Notes under the pieces: model-generated | The model's input: only the letters and a program-made list of their open reading frames with translations | Told to the model about the DNA's origin: nothing | Databases searched by the model: none | Made by a program: the position numbers and the translations under genes | Shown here: positions 61,006 through 64,000 of the stretch, one piece after another | Layout of the letters: each line of letters starts with the position of its first letter | Numbering within the stretch: the stretch's first letter is position 1 | DNA from: the human T2T-CHM13v2.0 reference genome, Homo sapiens | Strand: one strand, 5' to 3' | DNA: 64,000 nt | Assembly: GCF_009914755.1 (NCBI RefSeq) | Contig: NC_060931.1

Positions 61006-61719
61006 ATATTTTGTTTTACTTATAACTTAAAACAGGAAAAGAAAATATCTCTGGTGTATACAAAAGAACATTCAGTTCATGAGATTTCTCTATCATAACT
61101 ACTTTCATCCCCATGTTGGAAGGACAAGAAGATGTATAAATGTTTATGGCTGTGTTAAACTTGTCATGTACAGCTTCACACGTTGTGCATTGCACTATTC
61201 CAGGGGTGCCATTCACTTAGATTACAATATGAATAACTCTCTTGACATAATGTACAGCACAACTGCTACAATAATACACAATGACTCTGCTCATTGAGGT
61301 CCACTGAGATCTTAGGATCACTAAAGAATGGACAATTACAGCTATTTAAATTGTAGTTATTGGATTAATCCCAATTTATAGTTGTACTATTTAATTAAAA
61401 CATAACAAAATCAAATGCAAATGAAAACAAAAAACAAAGATGTATCTGTGTGGGATAAAGAGATAAAGAGACCTTTGCCTATTAAATGTGTTTTACACTT
61501 TCATAAGAATCTTAGCAGTCACGATTCTCGATTTTGTCATTCTGCCAAACATATTAACTTATTTTAATAAAAAATAAAATGGACTGTCAATATTAGCTAA
61601 AGAGAATAAACAAACCTAGTGGGGAAAATAAAATATTTCCCCCAGACTCAAGTGACATAAAAGTAAGAATAAATTACAATGAAATGCAAGGTATTTATGT
61701 AAAACTAACATTTTCTTAT

Positions 61720-61930
61720 GAAATGGCAGTTGCTATTACTGATGCTCCACAAGCATTATCTAATTTTATACTCACAATTTTCTATTAGTAGAAAAAGTTA
61801 TTATACTTACTCTACAGGCCAAAAAATGGAAGGGAAGTTATTTAGTAATTTGCTGGAACAACGCATATAGGTAGTAAGTGACAGAGCTAGACTTAAACCT
61901 ACATGACACAAATCCAGAGTTCCTTAACAG
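61720..61930 (-). mobile_element. MIR SINE
   Basis: gtagtaagtgacagagctagacttaaaccta...atccagagttccttaac. Confidence 0.55.
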
Positions 61931-64000
61931 TTCATACAATACCTCTTAAAATGTTGTTTAATTAAACATACAAAATGCCAAAGGTAGTTATGAGAGAACA
62001 CTTTAATGATAGCAGGCTTGAGTATCTGGTACCAGGCCACAGGATCACTGTATGCTTCTGACACTGGAATGAGAGAGTAGGTGGCAGAACACTTATAGCT
62101 AAAGTAAAACTTCAGAGTTAAAACTGGCCTCAGCCTCTACTGCTACAACTGCTCCTGCATCTCCATTTTGTGTTGAGCTTAACAGAATTCTTTAAGAAAA
62201 TAAGAACTGAAAAACAATTGGCAATGCAAATATCTTAATTGAAGACATTCTCTATCTGGAACTGGAGCATACTGTACAATGATGAAAATTAAAATTTTCA
62301 TCCTTGCTTTTCATTGCTCTGTGACAGAAGGGTCTATATTTCTAAAGCAAATATAAGAAGAGAAATGCCTCGACTATCCTTGAGAAGTTCGTCATATTAT
62401 GAATCCCATGTCCTAGTGTTTCTCATGACCAGGGCTTGTAATAAAATGATTGCATTATTAAAGGAGTCCATTATACCAACTCCATGAATCTTTGCTCAGA
62501 GAAACAAATTTAGTAAGTGAAATCAGTAAGCTGCTAAGAGTATGGCTACATGCATAATATATTTTCATAATTGTTCAAAACTTCTATTTATGGGAATTAC
62601 TTAGGATCTATTGTTATATCTTAGTCTCCAATTTGGAAGAGGCAAGAAAGTGAAGGACAGATTTTGCAAAAGGTAGGACCACCTTGAGAGAATGTTCCAT
62701 TCAACATTTTTTACAACAAAGTCCAGCATCTGTCAAAATGGTTCTCATGTTTTGGCTTTAAGGAATCTTGATTATAAACATGACAGTAAAAGCCAAGCAT
62801 TATGGTGTATTCAGAGTTTGAAGGCAGGGTGCCTTGATTAGCCAGTATGTATCACAGTCCTCCTTACATAGTCTGGCATACAAGATGGAAGTCAATTCTG
62901 TGAATTAATAATTGGCAAGAACAAATTTGACATTTTTCCCTCAAAAGCTTCCTCAAATTTGTCTGAAAAGAACTGCATGTCTTTCAAAAAATATAAGAAA
63001 GCTGTTTTTTTAAAAACTGGAAATTATACTTTAAATTTGCAGAATGACTCTAAGAGAAAAAGTTTTCTAATTTTTCAGGATAGATTCAAAGGCCCGTTGA
63101 GAAGGAACCAGTTTAAAGCAGTGGAATCAATGTCCACTACATTGGACATGTATACATGACATGAATTTCCAAAAAATAGTCAGAATGCTCATAGGATGTG
63201 GAGGAGGAGGGGTGAGAGGGAGAATAATGGAGTAATTTTATCCAACTTTAGCCATTGCACCACTTCCTTGGAGATCAAATCATGATTTTCTCTTGCTCTA
63301 AAAAGGAGCTTTTCAAATTGAGCCAGTTTCCTTGGCCCCAAAGCTGCTTAATAAACTGTACATTTTATATTATCTGTTAGTAAAATGTTTTGGGGTAAAC
63401 ATTTTAATAATGATACAAGACAAATGTGAATAAATAAATAACTGGGATACAAAATTCTCATGGCTAAGAAGAGCTGCTTTGGGCTGGGCCATCAGAACCA
63501 ACAAAGGGCACCTATATATCCTCTGCCATTTGTATTAATTCCATTGAAACACTTTAGAAGTGATGTTCTAAGGAAAAAAGGAATTTGTTTAAGAATTTGA
63601 TTCATTTCAGCCCTATGCTCACTAGCGCCAATATTTAAAAATTGCTGATATCCTAGATAGAGAGGATCAGAGGAGAAGAACCCAAATGAGTGTATATTTA
63701 TTTACTCTTCAGTCATAAAAGACTGCTTAGTAACTCTACAACTGTATTCCTCCTGCATCTGGTACCATCATCTCCTATGAATCCATTCCCGACCTCTTGG
63801 TTCTGAGACCTGCCTAATTTATCAGGAAAGAGATTTCAGGAAATACAGATCTTTGCCTGGAACACTAAAGATCAAGTCAATTTGATTTGACTTTGGTTCC
63901 ATAGTTCTAATACCCAGGCCTCTGCTTTGTTCTTAGATATTGAACATCTGTTTATAATAAATTCTTATTTCCAATTGCTTAAGTTCTTACTTTAATTCCT

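Noticed and set aside
63061-63160. Acceptor ttttctaatttttcag as partner for the 19510 donor
   Set aside because: Joining gives an immediate TAG in the MQIPEG frame, and there is no good downstream donor.

Overview
This is AT-rich hominid (human or great-ape) nuclear DNA, made mostly of interspersed repeats. I could not support any host protein-coding exon and I assign no host gene name. There are two main landmarks. (1) A CpG-island, promoter-like region at about 18.65-20.3 kb, with strong splice donors on both strands. (2) A full-length L1PA2-type LINE-1 on the minus strand (28359-36071, perfect 15-bp TSD). Its ORF2 is interrupted by a 5'-truncated SVA_D-like element in the same orientation (29545-31207, own 13-bp TSD). 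The L1 has an almost complete ORF1 (nonsense 10 codons before the end), an ORF2 broken three ways, an intact YY1 site, the ZNF93-escape 5'UTR deletion and an open, C-terminally extended ORF0. The rest is Alu (J, S and Yd/Yc-type), truncated L1s, L2, MIR, MER5/MER58/Charlie, MLT1/ERVL relics, microsatellites and several small local duplications and palindromes. Repeat subfamily calls come from recalled consensus features, not from an alignment. Boundaries of old repeats are approximate. I found no convincing new biological system; the nested L1-SVA composite is the most promising lead.
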